Assembly: GCA_051362555.1 (NCBI GenBank)
Contig: CM120649.1
Coordinates: forward strand, 5,580,001 to 5,644,000
Direction of reading: 5' to 3'
Source: Lingula anatina
Lineage: Eukaryota; Animalia; Brachiopoda
Length of the DNA stretch: 64,000 nucleotides
The position numbers and the translations under genes were made by a program. This document shows positions 1 through 11,736 of the stretch, piece by piece (position 1 is the stretch's first letter; each line of letters opens with the position of its first letter). Below the pieces are notes generated by a model. It saw only the letters and a list, made by a program, of their open reading frames with translations, had not been told where the DNA came from and ran no database searches.

Positions 1-1613
1 CTATCCAAAGTCAGTGAAAACCTCCACCTTTCCCCAAGCCGAGGTTACACATTCCCAGTTATAAAAAAAATTCTAAAGATCTTCTTAAAAATCCTTTAAA
101 AATTAGGAGGACTGAGAAGACTTCAGATGAGTGTTCCAAAGCTACAGGGAGGTAAATGGCTGGATGGAAAAATTAGTGCAAAGATCACCAGTATATACAT
201 TGGAGCTTAAGGTGTAACATCATTAACTTATGCACCAAATCAGTGTGTTCCAATTTCTTTTGCTGCCTTGATCAGTGAGCTAAACACTGTTTCAAAGGGA
301 AATCTCCCAGAAATTTCACATGCAGAGTTCTATCAAGCAGTAAAAAAACCCAAACTAATTTTTAAATGAGTGGACATGCTAGGTTTTCTTACTGGCCACA
401 GACGTGTTCCTAGATCTACCCACACGCGCGTGTTTTATGAATTTAATGTTTCTCATCAAACAAGTGCCACTCCTTAGGTAATTTAAAACTCTATGAACAC
501 AATAAAAAGGAGGGAAAAATGCCTTCCACGAAAACTGAAAAAAAGTGTGTAGTTCAATTTTACACCCCAAATAAAGACGTAAAGACTGCCAAAATGGCAT
601 ACAGTCAAGTGTCCAATGCGTTGTGATGAAGGGTTGAAAGTAACTCGTCATACGTCGAAAACACATTTATCTCTTTCAAAATCGTGATTTAAAAATTACC
701 ATTACAAGAAAGACAGTGAACAGCCTATTTCACCGAATTCTAACATCGCTGATTTATGTATATTTTTTTGTAAATAAATAAAAGCCATTAAAAAACAATG
801 ATAACAACTTAGAAAAAAGTCACATAGTGATTTTTATTCATGTTTTCTAATACAAAGCAAAAAAAACAAGACAAAAGAAGCACAACTAAAAGTTGTATAA
901 GTAACAATAATCTAGGATACTAATTTTACTGTTGCAGACATGAGAGTTAACATACAAAAATACACACGTGGAACTTATGAATAGCAAAACAGGGAAGCTA
1001 ATTAAGAGCTTCGGAAGGGATTTTCTTTAACACCATTCTGTACGAGAACCATGCGGCCCTCATATCCTAAATATAATATACTTTTGTAACCAGCAGTTCA
1101 GATACAATGGAAAAAAATTACGCTGAAATCTAACACCATTGACATTTGATTCCGTAAATAATTTTTTTAAAAATTAAAAACTTTTCGAAAAAGTCAGTCC
1201 TTGTCTATCTAATTCCTTTACTCATTTTTCGAGCTTAAAGCAAACAACAAGAAATAAAAGCATTAATAAAAGGTGCATCACTATCTGTCATCTAGAATAA
1301 TGACTTAGCTGATATTATTATGACAGTTAACATACATTAAATGCATACTTAAGCTTTATTGAAAAGAAATGAACAAAAAAAGAAAGAAAAAAAGAAAAAG
1401 GAAAAGAAAACGGACGTTGATTAAGAACCTCTGAAGGGATTTTCTCAAAAGTCATAGCGCATTTGTACCAAGTGACGCTTATGTAACAGTGGATTACCCC
1501 GCTTTAAAAATTCAACGTTTTGAGATATTCTTGGATTTAGTACCTAAAGCTGAAAAAGTTCTAATAACCCTATGCAGTAATCTCTGTGATAAACAAATAT
1601 TTTGCCCCGACGT

Positions 1614-1750
1614 TTATTTACCCAAGCATACGTAACACAAAGCATAATAGTAATAATAATAGCAATACTGAGAAACACCGATATAGGGGCAGTAGTATCC
1701 AAGCCTCAAGCAACTGTCCAAGTAGCAAGCTCGCTTCTGGCGATTACCTC
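1614..1750 (-). CDS. BRICHOS precursor exon 6: furin site RQKR plus C-terminal Cys/Tyr-rich peptide and stop
   Basis: Acceptor tttcag, phase 1; translates GGNRQKR-ACYLDSCLRLGYYCPYIGVSQYCYYYYYYALCYVCLGK*. Confidence 0.85.
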
Positions 1751-1755
1751 CTGAA

Positions 1756-1827
1756 ATATAATATAATATAATATAATATAATATAATATAATATAATATA
1801 ATATAATATAATATAATATAATATAAT
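1756..1827. repeat. (ATATA)n microsatellite
   Basis: Direct reading; abuts the exon 6 acceptor. Confidence 0.95.
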
Positions 1828-1969
1828 AAGCAAAATTCGAGACAATGGCTCACATTTAATGCCCTGCACATTTTATATACAAAGTAATCAATGAGTTTAC
1901 TGCACTGGCACTGTTGTACGTTTTGCACCGAGTAACAATTAACATTTAATAGATTAATCCTGTGCGCAC

Positions 1970-2156
1970 CTGCCGGTGCTTGGGTTTTGGCGCTCTCTAC
2001 AATGTTGTCGTCCTTCTGGGTAAGCCAGTATGCCTCCAGATCCCTGCAAAATTCCTGCATTCTGGGACTTAGGAAGGACTTGTCCTTGATCGGAGATGTG
2101 TTGACAACGAATCGCTTTTGTTCAATATCTTCATATGTGGTATTTTCGACGGTATT
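1970..2156 (-). CDS. BRICHOS precursor exon 5 (C-terminal half of BRICHOS domain)
   Basis: ttttag|AAT...GCAG|gtgcgc; PIKDKSFLSPRMQEFCRDLEAYWL matches the BRICHOS D..FL....lC....YW signature. Confidence 0.85.
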
Positions 2157-2335
2157 CTAAAAACATGATGGTATAGGTTAGATTACGGTTTTATTCATAC
2201 ATTGCACATGTTTAAATGCCACTTGATATCTTTAAACACAATTAAAAGTAATGTGTATGTTTAGATGTAAACACAGATTCAAAGTTCGAATTAATACGAA
2301 GTAAATCGTATCGATTGTTCCAAAGCGTTGGCCAC

Positions 2336-2425
2336 GTCCTTGCTGTCAGTCTCTTCAGATTTGTTCATTGGAGTCAAGTAACAAGCAAACTTGTTGTTCA
2401 TTTTCATCTTGTATACTACCAGACT
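2336..2425 (-). CDS. BRICHOS precursor exon 4 (first BRICHOS Cys); donor position uncertain (2336 or 2312)
   Basis: ttttag|SLVVYKMKMNNKFACYLTPM; only a weak phase-0 GT donor (gac|gtggcc) is visible. Confidence 0.7.
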
Positions 2426-2676
2426 CTAAAAAGATACAAAACAGGACAATAAACTGTTGCTTAAAATGATGGAATATTTCAACAGAATATTTGGGAATTC
2501 TTTTTTTCTTTCTTTTTTTTCATAAAATTGATTAAAACAGGTTCTGATGGAATATTAACATACCCCACAAAATTACTTCATTGGCATCTTAAACGCAACA
2601 AAATTAAAAGGGAGTTACTGGTAAATGTAGAAATGTTACCTCATTGAATCTAGTACATTCTACAGATCTCAGCTTA

Positions 2677-3399
2677 AGGCCCAGTCACAAATCAGTTGCG
2701 ATGCGTCGGGGATGGGTAAAACCCGGGAAATTTTAACAAAATCTTGAGACAGATCTCACGATTTTGCACCCGTCGGAGGCGATTTGTTAGACATCGCCAC
2801 ACCCGTCGCGGTCCCCAAATTTGAAACTAAAATTTTAAGATTGCTGGCAAGATTTTTCACCCATTTTGGGCATCCCAGACACCATCTCCGATGACCTACG
2901 ATGCCCTCCGATTAATCGGAGGCGTCCTCCGAATAATCTGAGACTAGTCGCAAGATTCTGTGTGGGATTGGAAAATCAGGTTGAGATTCAATGTCTGGGA
3001 GTAGTCTCCGGCGCCCTCCGACTGAATCGGAGGAGTCCTGCGACGATTCGTACGCTTTATGTGATCGTCTCCGACGAATCGTACGGTGGAATCGTAGTAA
3101 ATCGCCGTGTATATAAGGCCGCCTCCGACCGGATCGCTAAAAGTTTGAGACGCTCTTGCTGCAGGAGGCTGTGACAGAAGATTTTGAAGATGCCAAGGGA
3201 TGCAATCGGAGGCGATCGGAGGCTAATCCAACGATTTTTCGACAAAACCGGGTCAAAATCCTTGAAAAAATCTCAGACAATGTGACTGCTCCACTTTTAT
3301 TGGGATTATTGCTAGGATTGTTCAAGGATTCTTTATTTTCTACGACGACCCCCGGCCAAAACTAATCCTCGACAGATCGCCGACATTGTGACTGGGCCA
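2677..3399. mobile_element. PIF/Harbinger-type MITE in BRICHOS intron 3
   Basis: TIR GGCCCAGTCACAA / TTGTGACTGGGCC; TTA at 2674-2676 and 3400-3402; GC-rich non-coding interior. Confidence 0.8.
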
Positions 3400-3498
3400 T
3401 TAGAGGTACTAAACCTTATTTGCATTGACAAAGTATAAGTAAATTAGCCCTTTTTTGATTAGCAATTTCACAATAGTTTTAAAACCGCCTCTACCCAC

Positions 3499-3630
3499 CC
3501 TCGAGTTGTCCATGGCAACGTGGAACTTCTCGTTGTTCACGTTGTACACGGTGATGTTGTCCTGCAGATCAACCTGAACCGTTTCGTCAACTTTCTTCCC
3601 TTGCTTGTCGGTTAAACGGAGATGGTACTC
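3499..3630 (-). CDS. BRICHOS precursor exon 3 (linker and start of BRICHOS domain)
   Basis: cag|EYHLRLTDKQGKKVDETVQVDLQDNITVYNVNNEKFHVAMDNSR|gtgggt; phase 0-0. Confidence 0.8.
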
Positions 3631-3841
3631 CTGACGAAATAATAATAAAAATAATCACATATAGTAAGGTGATGATGGTGATGAGATTGTTAGTTTTGAT
3701 TGCTCATTTCTTGGCACATAATTCCAAGGATTTCCTTTAAAACCAGATCGATGCGTTATTTCCCAAATATTCTGATATTATTATTATTATTATTATTACT
3801 TTATTTTTTTATTATTATTATTAGTGATAAAGTATGCCCAC

Positions 3842-3961
3842 CTTCCACACATCTTGTGCTGCCTTGTTAGAGATGTGAACTGCTCCCAATGTTCCACCGA
3901 CAGCAACAGCAACAACAACAATGACAGCAACAGCAACAATGATGTACTTCTTGTACGACGC
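3842..3961 (-). CDS. BRICHOS precursor exon 2 (type II signal-anchor TM)
   Basis: ASYKK-YIIVAVAVIVVVAVAVGGTLGAV-HISNKAAQDVWK; basic residues precede a Val-rich TM; phase 0-0. Confidence 0.8.
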
Positions 3962-4648
3962 CTTGGTGTGAAATATAAAAAAAATGAAAAGGTAAATTGG
4001 AACAAAAGAATTCTTGGAATATAATATAATTCTCATCGCCAACGGTGCTGTAAAGTGTATACGCCAATTACATTCACCATTGCAAACATGGTAATTTCGA
4101 TAAAACATGAAAATTCCATATTAGATTTGTGTTAAAACTAACTTAAAAATAATTTAACTCATCTCTTGACATGCATGCAATTTTATTATTGAAAAACGAT
4201 GTTGATTCCTTCATAGAGAAACTTGAGACCCAGTACTCTGAAAATTAACAAATGCCGGACGGATGACTGTCTTTTCAGAAATAAAAATGTCTAAATATCT
4301 GCATAAGTCAACCTTTTTTCTTTACAGAATATTTTGAAGCGTTCTAAAAACTTAACTCACTAAAATAAAAAAAGGGGGAATGAACCCCCCTCCCTCGCAC
4401 ATGTCGGTAAATAAACATGGTTACAATTTTAGACAAAAAAGCATGGTCTATATGACAAAGTTATTGTACAACTGGGCAAGGCTAAAAAATGGGCATTTAC
4501 TGTTTAAAAAAAAAATGAAAAACGATGAATATTCACAACAAAAGCAATGTGGCTGACGCGACTCAACTGTTCACTTTTTTGAGGAGTGACCCTACTTAGA
4601 GTAAAAAAAAATTTCTGGCCTGTACATCTGCTAACTTGATACACTTAC

Positions 4649-4723
4649 CTCAGAGGACCCACCATCTGCGATGACTGTCACACCTGGCTCGGAAGTCTTT
4701 TCACTTACAGTTGGCAGCATCAT
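4649..4723 (-). CDS. BRICHOS precursor exon 1 (short cytosolic N-terminus)
   Basis: ATG ATG...TCT GAG|gtaagt strong donor, phase 0; in-frame TAG just upstream of the ATG. Confidence 0.65.
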
Positions 4724-6675
4724 GAAAGTCTATCAAAACTCTTCTAGCAGAGAGCAGCACTCAAGGTTTTACTTTTTCCGACCGGTCGAGTTCGCCGTCT
4801 GCTTCTAGCTGGGCGTACTCTCCTTTTTATAGCTGCCATCACGGCGGGATATTTTTGACAAACAAGTTTTCGATTCCAAAGAACGAACACTGTCTTCCAA
4901 GTTTTTAAGCAGAAATAAACGCGCTTTCATATGTTGATGTGGTGGGAAAGTTTTCGACAACCAGAAAAAAAAAGAAAAAAAACTAAGCATTTTTAAGTGT
5001 CTTATCAATGGTTGTGTAATTTTAAAACATGAGACTGGATGCTGACAACCTATCATTAAGTGATTATTTATCATATTTGAAAAGAAAATGATGAGGTGTC
5101 GCATTTTTAACTTACGCAATTCAAAAACAAAACAAGTAGGCATAAGAAAGGTTGAACTGATAAAATTTATTTATTCATTTATTTAAGAAACCACTTGGGA
5201 CATTCACTGATGAATGTGAGTGGGATATTTGGTTAGACACACAATGCAATGTCCAGATTTTTTATTTCTCTTCAAATTGATAAGCTGTTCGGTTCTACAG
5301 GTATTCAGCCACACAGCAATTGTTTCAACAAGGGCTGACTTCACGATAAAAACTTTACCCCCTAAAGTGGTCTAAACTTATTACCGAAAAACCTCGTCCA
5401 GTGGTAGGCCTATATTTGTAGTCCAGTGGTATATTTCTTTTGAGAAAAAAGTTCAACGTAAATCAAATGAGAAGTGCCATGCATATGGACGTAAAAAACA
5501 CTGTAACTCGAAAAGGTACAAAACTGCCTACTCAGCAACCACAACGACTTTAGAAGAAAAGGTGATTACAAAGCTATCAATCAATATTTGTGTTTAAAAG
5601 TATATAATTATCTCTAGGGCTTAGGGCCCTACATAATTAACTCGTGGGTTGCTATCATATCATCAGTGCCAAAATTAAAAGGCGTGACTGATGAAAGAAT
5701 TGCATGGTAGTAAATAATTTTGCGTTGTAAACAGAAAAAATTGAGAAAAACGAACAAAAGGCTGAAAATACCACGACCCATTAAATAATTTTCAAATAAG
5801 TTTCGACAAAAAGACGGACGACTGAATCCATATAAGGCAACAGACATTAAGATAATGATACATAACGATACTATGTTGCATGACACTTCCTGGCACGCAG
5901 TAGGTGATGGCATGCGTTTTATAAAGAAACTGAACACTGAGTAAAATAAACAATATCCCGAGGCGGACACGCACGTGTTACAAGCTCACAAACAAAAAAA
6001 AATAAATAAATAAAAAATTGACCCGTCATGTAAGTGCATGGCAAACAACATAAGGTTTCAAACGTGTGAGGAGTCACGTATTAAAGCGAGGACGAACGTG
6101 AGGGGACTTCGGCAAACACAGAACTGAACGATAAGACTATGTTTGAGGGCAGCTGTTGAAGGCCTACAATTTTAATTAAAATACAAACAGGTGATAAAAT
6201 CGTAAGACGCAAAATCGTGAGTCAAATGACAATTATAAACACCATCAAGTATTAAATAAAACTACCGTGTGTCCCTCTCTTTCGTGGATAAACTTAATTA
6301 AAATTGGATCAAATGCAGTGTTTGTTAAAATAAACATTTGTAACATATGAAAGAATCTAGATGAAACAAACAGTCGTAGAAATTTCAACATGATTTTCGT
6401 TTCATTTCTCTACAAATTTCAGCCATCATTATCTACGATCTGTCCTTTTGACCATGCATACGTGCTACCCTCTACCAGCGCGACTGATAGATTTTTCACA
6501 GACATTCACAGATATGTCTCTAGATAGAAAATGGTCATTTTGGTTCAAACTCACCCTGTTGAGAAATCCCATGTGGTAACAATTATCTCTGCGCGCGCAC
6601 CAAAGGCTTTGTACTCGCTGTTCATGAGCTGAGCTTCACAACGATGTGATAACTGCTCGTTACGCAACCAGTCTA

Positions 6676-6902
6676 AGGGTGCTTTCCCAGAGATTTAGAT
6701 CGATCTAAAGATTAAGTTTTAGATCGACCTAACTCCCTGGGGGTTCACGCTAAATTGCAGTCAGCCGAGCGGGCACCATAGTTAATTACCGCCTTACAGC
6801 TTTTAGTAGGCGGGACAGACGCTTAAGCCGGCCAAGCTGACAGTAATCTACTGAGACTCCCCACAGGGATAGATCGATCTAAAAATCTATGGAAATGGGG
6901 TG
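6676..6902. mobile_element. Degenerate MITE-like dispersed repeat (related copies about 10270-10385 and 42790-43030)
   Basis: TAGATCGATCTA palindromes near both ends; shared GATCGAyCTAACTCy..GGG.TTC.CGCT segment in three places. Confidence 0.5.
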
Positions 6903-7114
6903 TAAGGCTTTTTTATCTGTCACAGATGAGCAAGTGATTTAAGTCAGAGAAATTAACTGTCTTGATTGCTGTCAAGCAGACTTAGACTGGACCTGCTAAG
7001 TGGCAGTGCCTGAGCAGTTATGCAAACAATTACCAGCCATGTAATCGCAATGCGCCATGCTTACGAGTTACGGGACCCTGGTAAACGCGTTAGGTGCACA
7101 CTTCTCTTTCGTGG

Positions 7115-7372
7115 CAGGGGCGGATCCAGGATTATTTGAGGGAGGTCTGGTTTTCAGGGGTGACATGCCACCGATGCAAAGCCGACCCCCCCCCCCCCCT
7201 TAAAATGGGGTTCGAGGCCTGCTGAAGGTCTCCGAACAATTGTGGTATTTTAGAGGGCGAACGGTGCCATTTAGTGCGGTTTAGAACTATGATTCAGCTA
7301 GTCAAAATTCTAATTTCAAGCCCATTGGTGTGATTTTTTTTAGAAATCGACACCCTCCTAAATTCGCCATTG
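7115..7372. mobile_element. CAGGGGCGGATCC-type MITE
   Basis: Imperfect TIRs CAGGGGCGGA / TTCGCCATTG flanked by CGTGG at 7110-7114 and 7373-7377; reverse-complement fragment at about 15908-15968. Confidence 0.6.
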
Positions 7373-9114
7373 CGTGGATATTATACAATCAAAATGAATC
7401 AAATGCAGCCTTAACGAACCAAATAAAATATGGTAGATGAGACAAACCTTCATAAATTAGTAATTCATAGTCTTTTAAAGGTACAACGGATTATGTCAGA
7501 GGACAACGCACCACTAACGCGTTGGGTGATTAAAAAATTCGTCTAATACCTAACTACGCCCCCTTTTTATGAATGGTCGCCGTGGGAAGAAGACAATGCG
7601 ACCATAAGTAATTAACGCATCGACACTAAGGTTTAACAATGATGTTTTTCTCAAGCCAGCACGTAGCGCGAGCCTTGTCAAAATAAGCTGTTGAAGCCGC
7701 AGCGGGACGCCAACACCACTTTATCTTTGCTTGTTATGTAATCCGGTAAACGACGTGTGGCTCGTTGAATCAGCTATTAAGATCGCTTCAGTTAATTATA
7801 ACCTTGTGGAACGTGCTTGCATCATATATCTCGCTAGACAACTTGATTGACTTATTTCACTATGGATTTGCCGAGCATTACTTAAATTTTACCTGGACAG
7901 TTTACCGGGCGATCTCGACAGCGTGACCCTCACATTGCAGGGCATGACTTGCGTATATGCACAGAGTCTGCTTGATATGAATATACTAATGCTGCCGTGG
8001 TTCAATATGTTCTTTAAAACTTCATATTACACTGTAAACATCTTTTCAGGCCACCATTCACAGAAACTTTATTTTCAAAACAATAACTACATTCCGCGTC
8101 GAGTCGACTTTGAGCACGCGGCTGATATTTCATTGGCGCCATTTTTTTACATGTGCAAGCAACAATATATCGAACGCGCTAACTACATTGCGACAAAGTC
8201 GTTATAGCTTTTATATAGAACTGTTAAAAGTGCTTATGCACCTCAGTAACCTTTTTGTTTACTTAACACTTTTATATCCAATTGAATTCCAGGTTACAAG
8301 TACGGTTACAAAGGTAATTCAGACGATGTAGGCACATGTAGGCCTACATGCCTTATCCAACCACAGTGTTAATTTATTGGTTTGTTTGCGGTCATTTTTA
8401 TGTTGCCATGTTGCTCACTATTTTTGTTTTAATGTTTCATCTAAAAGTCAACTTAAATTTTATAACCATTAATTGCATGGAATCAACATTTGTTCGGTTA
8501 GACTATTTAACTAAATTAGACTTTTAAGTAACAAGTTAAAACTTGAAAACAGTTAAACTTTTAAATTGTGGAAAAAAGATCAAACTGACATTCGAACTAA
8601 CATATTCACTGCATGCAACGTTCAGTATTATTTTGTTATCAACATTTGCTTGATGGTAAAAGTTGTTGTTTTAAATAGGTCCGTTTTTCATATAAAGTAA
8701 TAAAAGGGCCCTTAAATAGCCTCATTTTCATAAGAATTTTCAGTGTTAAAATTGTTTGTTTTTATTTGCTTCATTTTACAGATTATTGCTTGCTGAAAAT
8801 TTGATAAAATATAGGACGTTTTAAGGACAATTAACTTTCTGTAAAAATTATCCAGCGTTTGTATTAATGTAAACAAAACTTAATTTAACCTTCTTTAAAA
8901 TAATGCAATTGTTCTTCATGTACGCATACACATTGTATATTGAATATGTAGACCCCCCTCCCAAGTAAAACGCTTCTAATATATACCCTGTATCCTTTTT
9001 TCTCTTCAGACGGACACAATAGAGAATGTGGTCAAACCAAAAATGCTTTTTGTCAAACAGATAACAGATTCATCAGTATAAATAAAAGGAAACACTTCAG
9101 CAATTTTTTCTTCT

Positions 9115-9145
<31 letters not shown>

Positions 9146-10654
9146 CCTGTCTCAGTGAAAACTTAAATACCCCTAGGATGCTACGTGGGTCAAGCGTTCC
9201 AAAGTAACACGTACCAGTATCAGCATTCTTCAACAAAAAAAGTTATAAACATTGGTATCTGCAGTGCAGTAAAATTTGAAAGAAAGACAGAAGAAAAAGG
9301 CCACTCTCACATCAGGTTTTCTCCCTGTCATTATTTTATATAAGGAGTCTGCTAGTCCTCTGGTTTTCCCTCCTACTTTTTTTTCATCACTACATTCTTG
9401 TTTCACCTACAGATGTTATTATAATATATCTTAAATAATAATAAAGCAAAAATGAGTATAATATCGCATAGTTTTGGATCACTATAACATATTTTTTCTT
9501 ACGACGGGGCTGATCCCGATCTCAATCAACAGCCTACAAAGCACATACCAACATCTCAACATTCCGTTTGAGAACGTTCATTTCGAAAAAAGTATTTGTA
9601 CAAATTTCGAGTGTTGGTAGTGAGTGCTTTCAATCTTTAAGTTGATCTTTGAAATAAAATTACATAAACTGTGATAATTTTGAGCCTTCCAGCAGTATTG
9701 TTATATGCGTGCTGATGTCTCATCGGTATTCATCGGACATACCTCAACAGACAATGGAAGAGGAAGTGACAAAAGAGTCATGAGCCAGCACTAATGTCCC
9801 TGAAATAAAGACAGGCGATGGTTATCTGTAACTACCTCTGGTTGAAGAGAATGAGGTGAGAAACCGACCACTAATTACTGTGGCCATAAACTTCGTTATT
9901 AACCTAATTTGCCTTCTCCACCTAGATCTCGAAGCCCAGTCTATCACGATGCAAATATTTACGTCTGTGACCACATTCTGTACACCGCAACGTATACCAA
10001 ATAATATACATACATTGCGAACAAAATTAAAACAAATATATATAAAAAGCAACTGTCACACGCATGAGATGGACAGTGAATCGTTCAGCTATTCGGGGGA
10101 TAAAACCATCTGACTCAACGCACTTCATGACAAAGAACGTTCACACAAAAGAAAATGATAAGATAATAAAAACAATTACGGAACGCCACCCTACAATACA
10201 TACACCTGTATGAAGAGACGTTATCGATGTTTTTTCGAATGTGATGAACTTTCGGGGGCATTTTCAAATACCCCCATTCTCCATGGGCGCTATCGGCCTG
10301 CGTAGATCAATCCAACTCTGCGGGTACTCTCGCTGAGTGTAATCAGCTTAACTGAAGACACGCTTCCTAGAGCAGCTATAGGGCCCATACCTTCCACAGA
10401 GGCGGTAAATCTATTAAGAATGATGACATTAAGAGGCCACAGAAGTACCCGCTATAATACCAGTAGGAAAGGCACTCTCCAGATACATGTACTGCAGTAT
10501 GTAACAAAATAATTTAGAAAGAGAATGTAATCAATCTTAAGACTACCACAAAATCATCTGCTAGGTATGTAAATAAAATATATAAAGCCTCAGCTAGTAT
10601 ATGTGTTTTCCAAACAGGCTTTATTTACGCATTGCAACAGTACTGGTGATACCG

Positions 10655-10827
10655 GTGTGACAGGAATGGTAGTCCTACAATGTAGGAATGGAATTCCGGA
10701 GTCCCATATGATTAGTACAGGTTAGGGTTAGTTGGAGTATTGAGGTAAATATATGGGACGAATGTCACCTGTACAAAGTAATGGAGAAATGACTACAGTT
10801 TTTAGCGGACTGCCATTCCTGTTACAC
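10655..10827. mobile_element. Small MITE with internal GGTTAGGGTTAG
   Basis: Inverted ends GTGTGACAGGAATGGTAGTCC / GGACTGCCATTCCTGTTACAC. Confidence 0.55.
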
Positions 10828-11299
10828 AGATTCATTACACACAGTCTTCAATCGTCAACCTAATATATTATATGTACTAGCAGTATTTTCTATATAAAGG
10901 TTTTCATTTCTGATAGGCATATACCATTATTATAATGTATTATTGTAAGGCCACAGCCTTTTTTTTATAAATGATGTGTTAGAACCAATAAAAATCATTA
11001 TTATACTGAACAAAAATATAAACGCACGAAACTAAAATGGTCAGTTGAAATGGATAATCATGAAATATGCCCAGATTGATGGTTTATTTGTGAACTGATG
11101 GATTTGTTTTGATCAATTATAGTGGTCTGGTTTCACTTGGCCGCTCCCCGTGAGTATACTCAAAGGTTCAGTTTTTACACCCATAAGACTAATGGAGCAT
11201 GACGGAGTAGAGGTCAATCTGCAAGACCAATACTCGGACACTCTACCGTCTAGGCAATAAAAAGACACGCCAAAATGTGTATTTCTGCCACTTGTCAAC

Positions 11300-11660
11300 A
11301 TGCCACAGATGTCTGGAACCATGAGGGAGCATGCCATCAGCATGCTCAGTGCTGGCTTGTCAGTAACAGAAGTTGCAGCATGCCTGAATGTGCATCATTC
11401 CACTGTCAGCCGTCTGGGAACACGCTTCAGAGACACTGGTAGCATTAGGAACCACCCTCATGCACCATGTCGCCCAACAAACACCTGTGGAATGTTCTGG
11501 ATCAGAGTTTTCAGCCATCATATTCCAGCTCTCGAAAATGTTCGCCAACTGCAAGAAGCACTCCAGGAGGAATGGGATAATATCCCTTAGGCATCTATTG
11601 ACAACTTAGTGATGTCCATGCGCCGCTGGTGTACTGCTGTGCACAACTTTAATGGTGTCT
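11300..11660 (+). pseudogene. Tc1 transposase remnant (HTH fused to C-terminus, DDE core deleted)
   Basis: AISMLSAGLSVTEVAACLNVHHSTVSRL (HTH), then LQEALQEEWDNIP*ASIDNLVMSMRR (Tc1 C-terminal motif) with an internal stop. Confidence 0.85.
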
Positions 11661-11736
11661 GTGAACTCAGGATGTTGACCCCCAATGGTGTATTTGATGC
11701 TCTAACTCTTGGACTATGCATTTAAACTTCCCTTAA

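Noticed and set aside
905-1445. Weak direct duplication downstream of the BRICHOS stop
   Set aside because: Too degenerate to define; no function inferable
1614-2060. 148-aa ORF with YYIIL repeats
   Set aside because: Read-through of an intron and microsatellite; only the two ends are exonic
2866-3365. Overlapping ORFs on both strands
   Set aside because: Inside a GC-rich MITE; no recognisable protein motif
3796-4067. Poly-Leu, poly-Cys and poly-Asn ORFs
   Set aside because: Alternative frames of the BRICHOS TM exon
4805-10113. Scattered 60-113 aa ORFs
   Set aside because: No domain motifs or consistent exon chain; treated as intergenic
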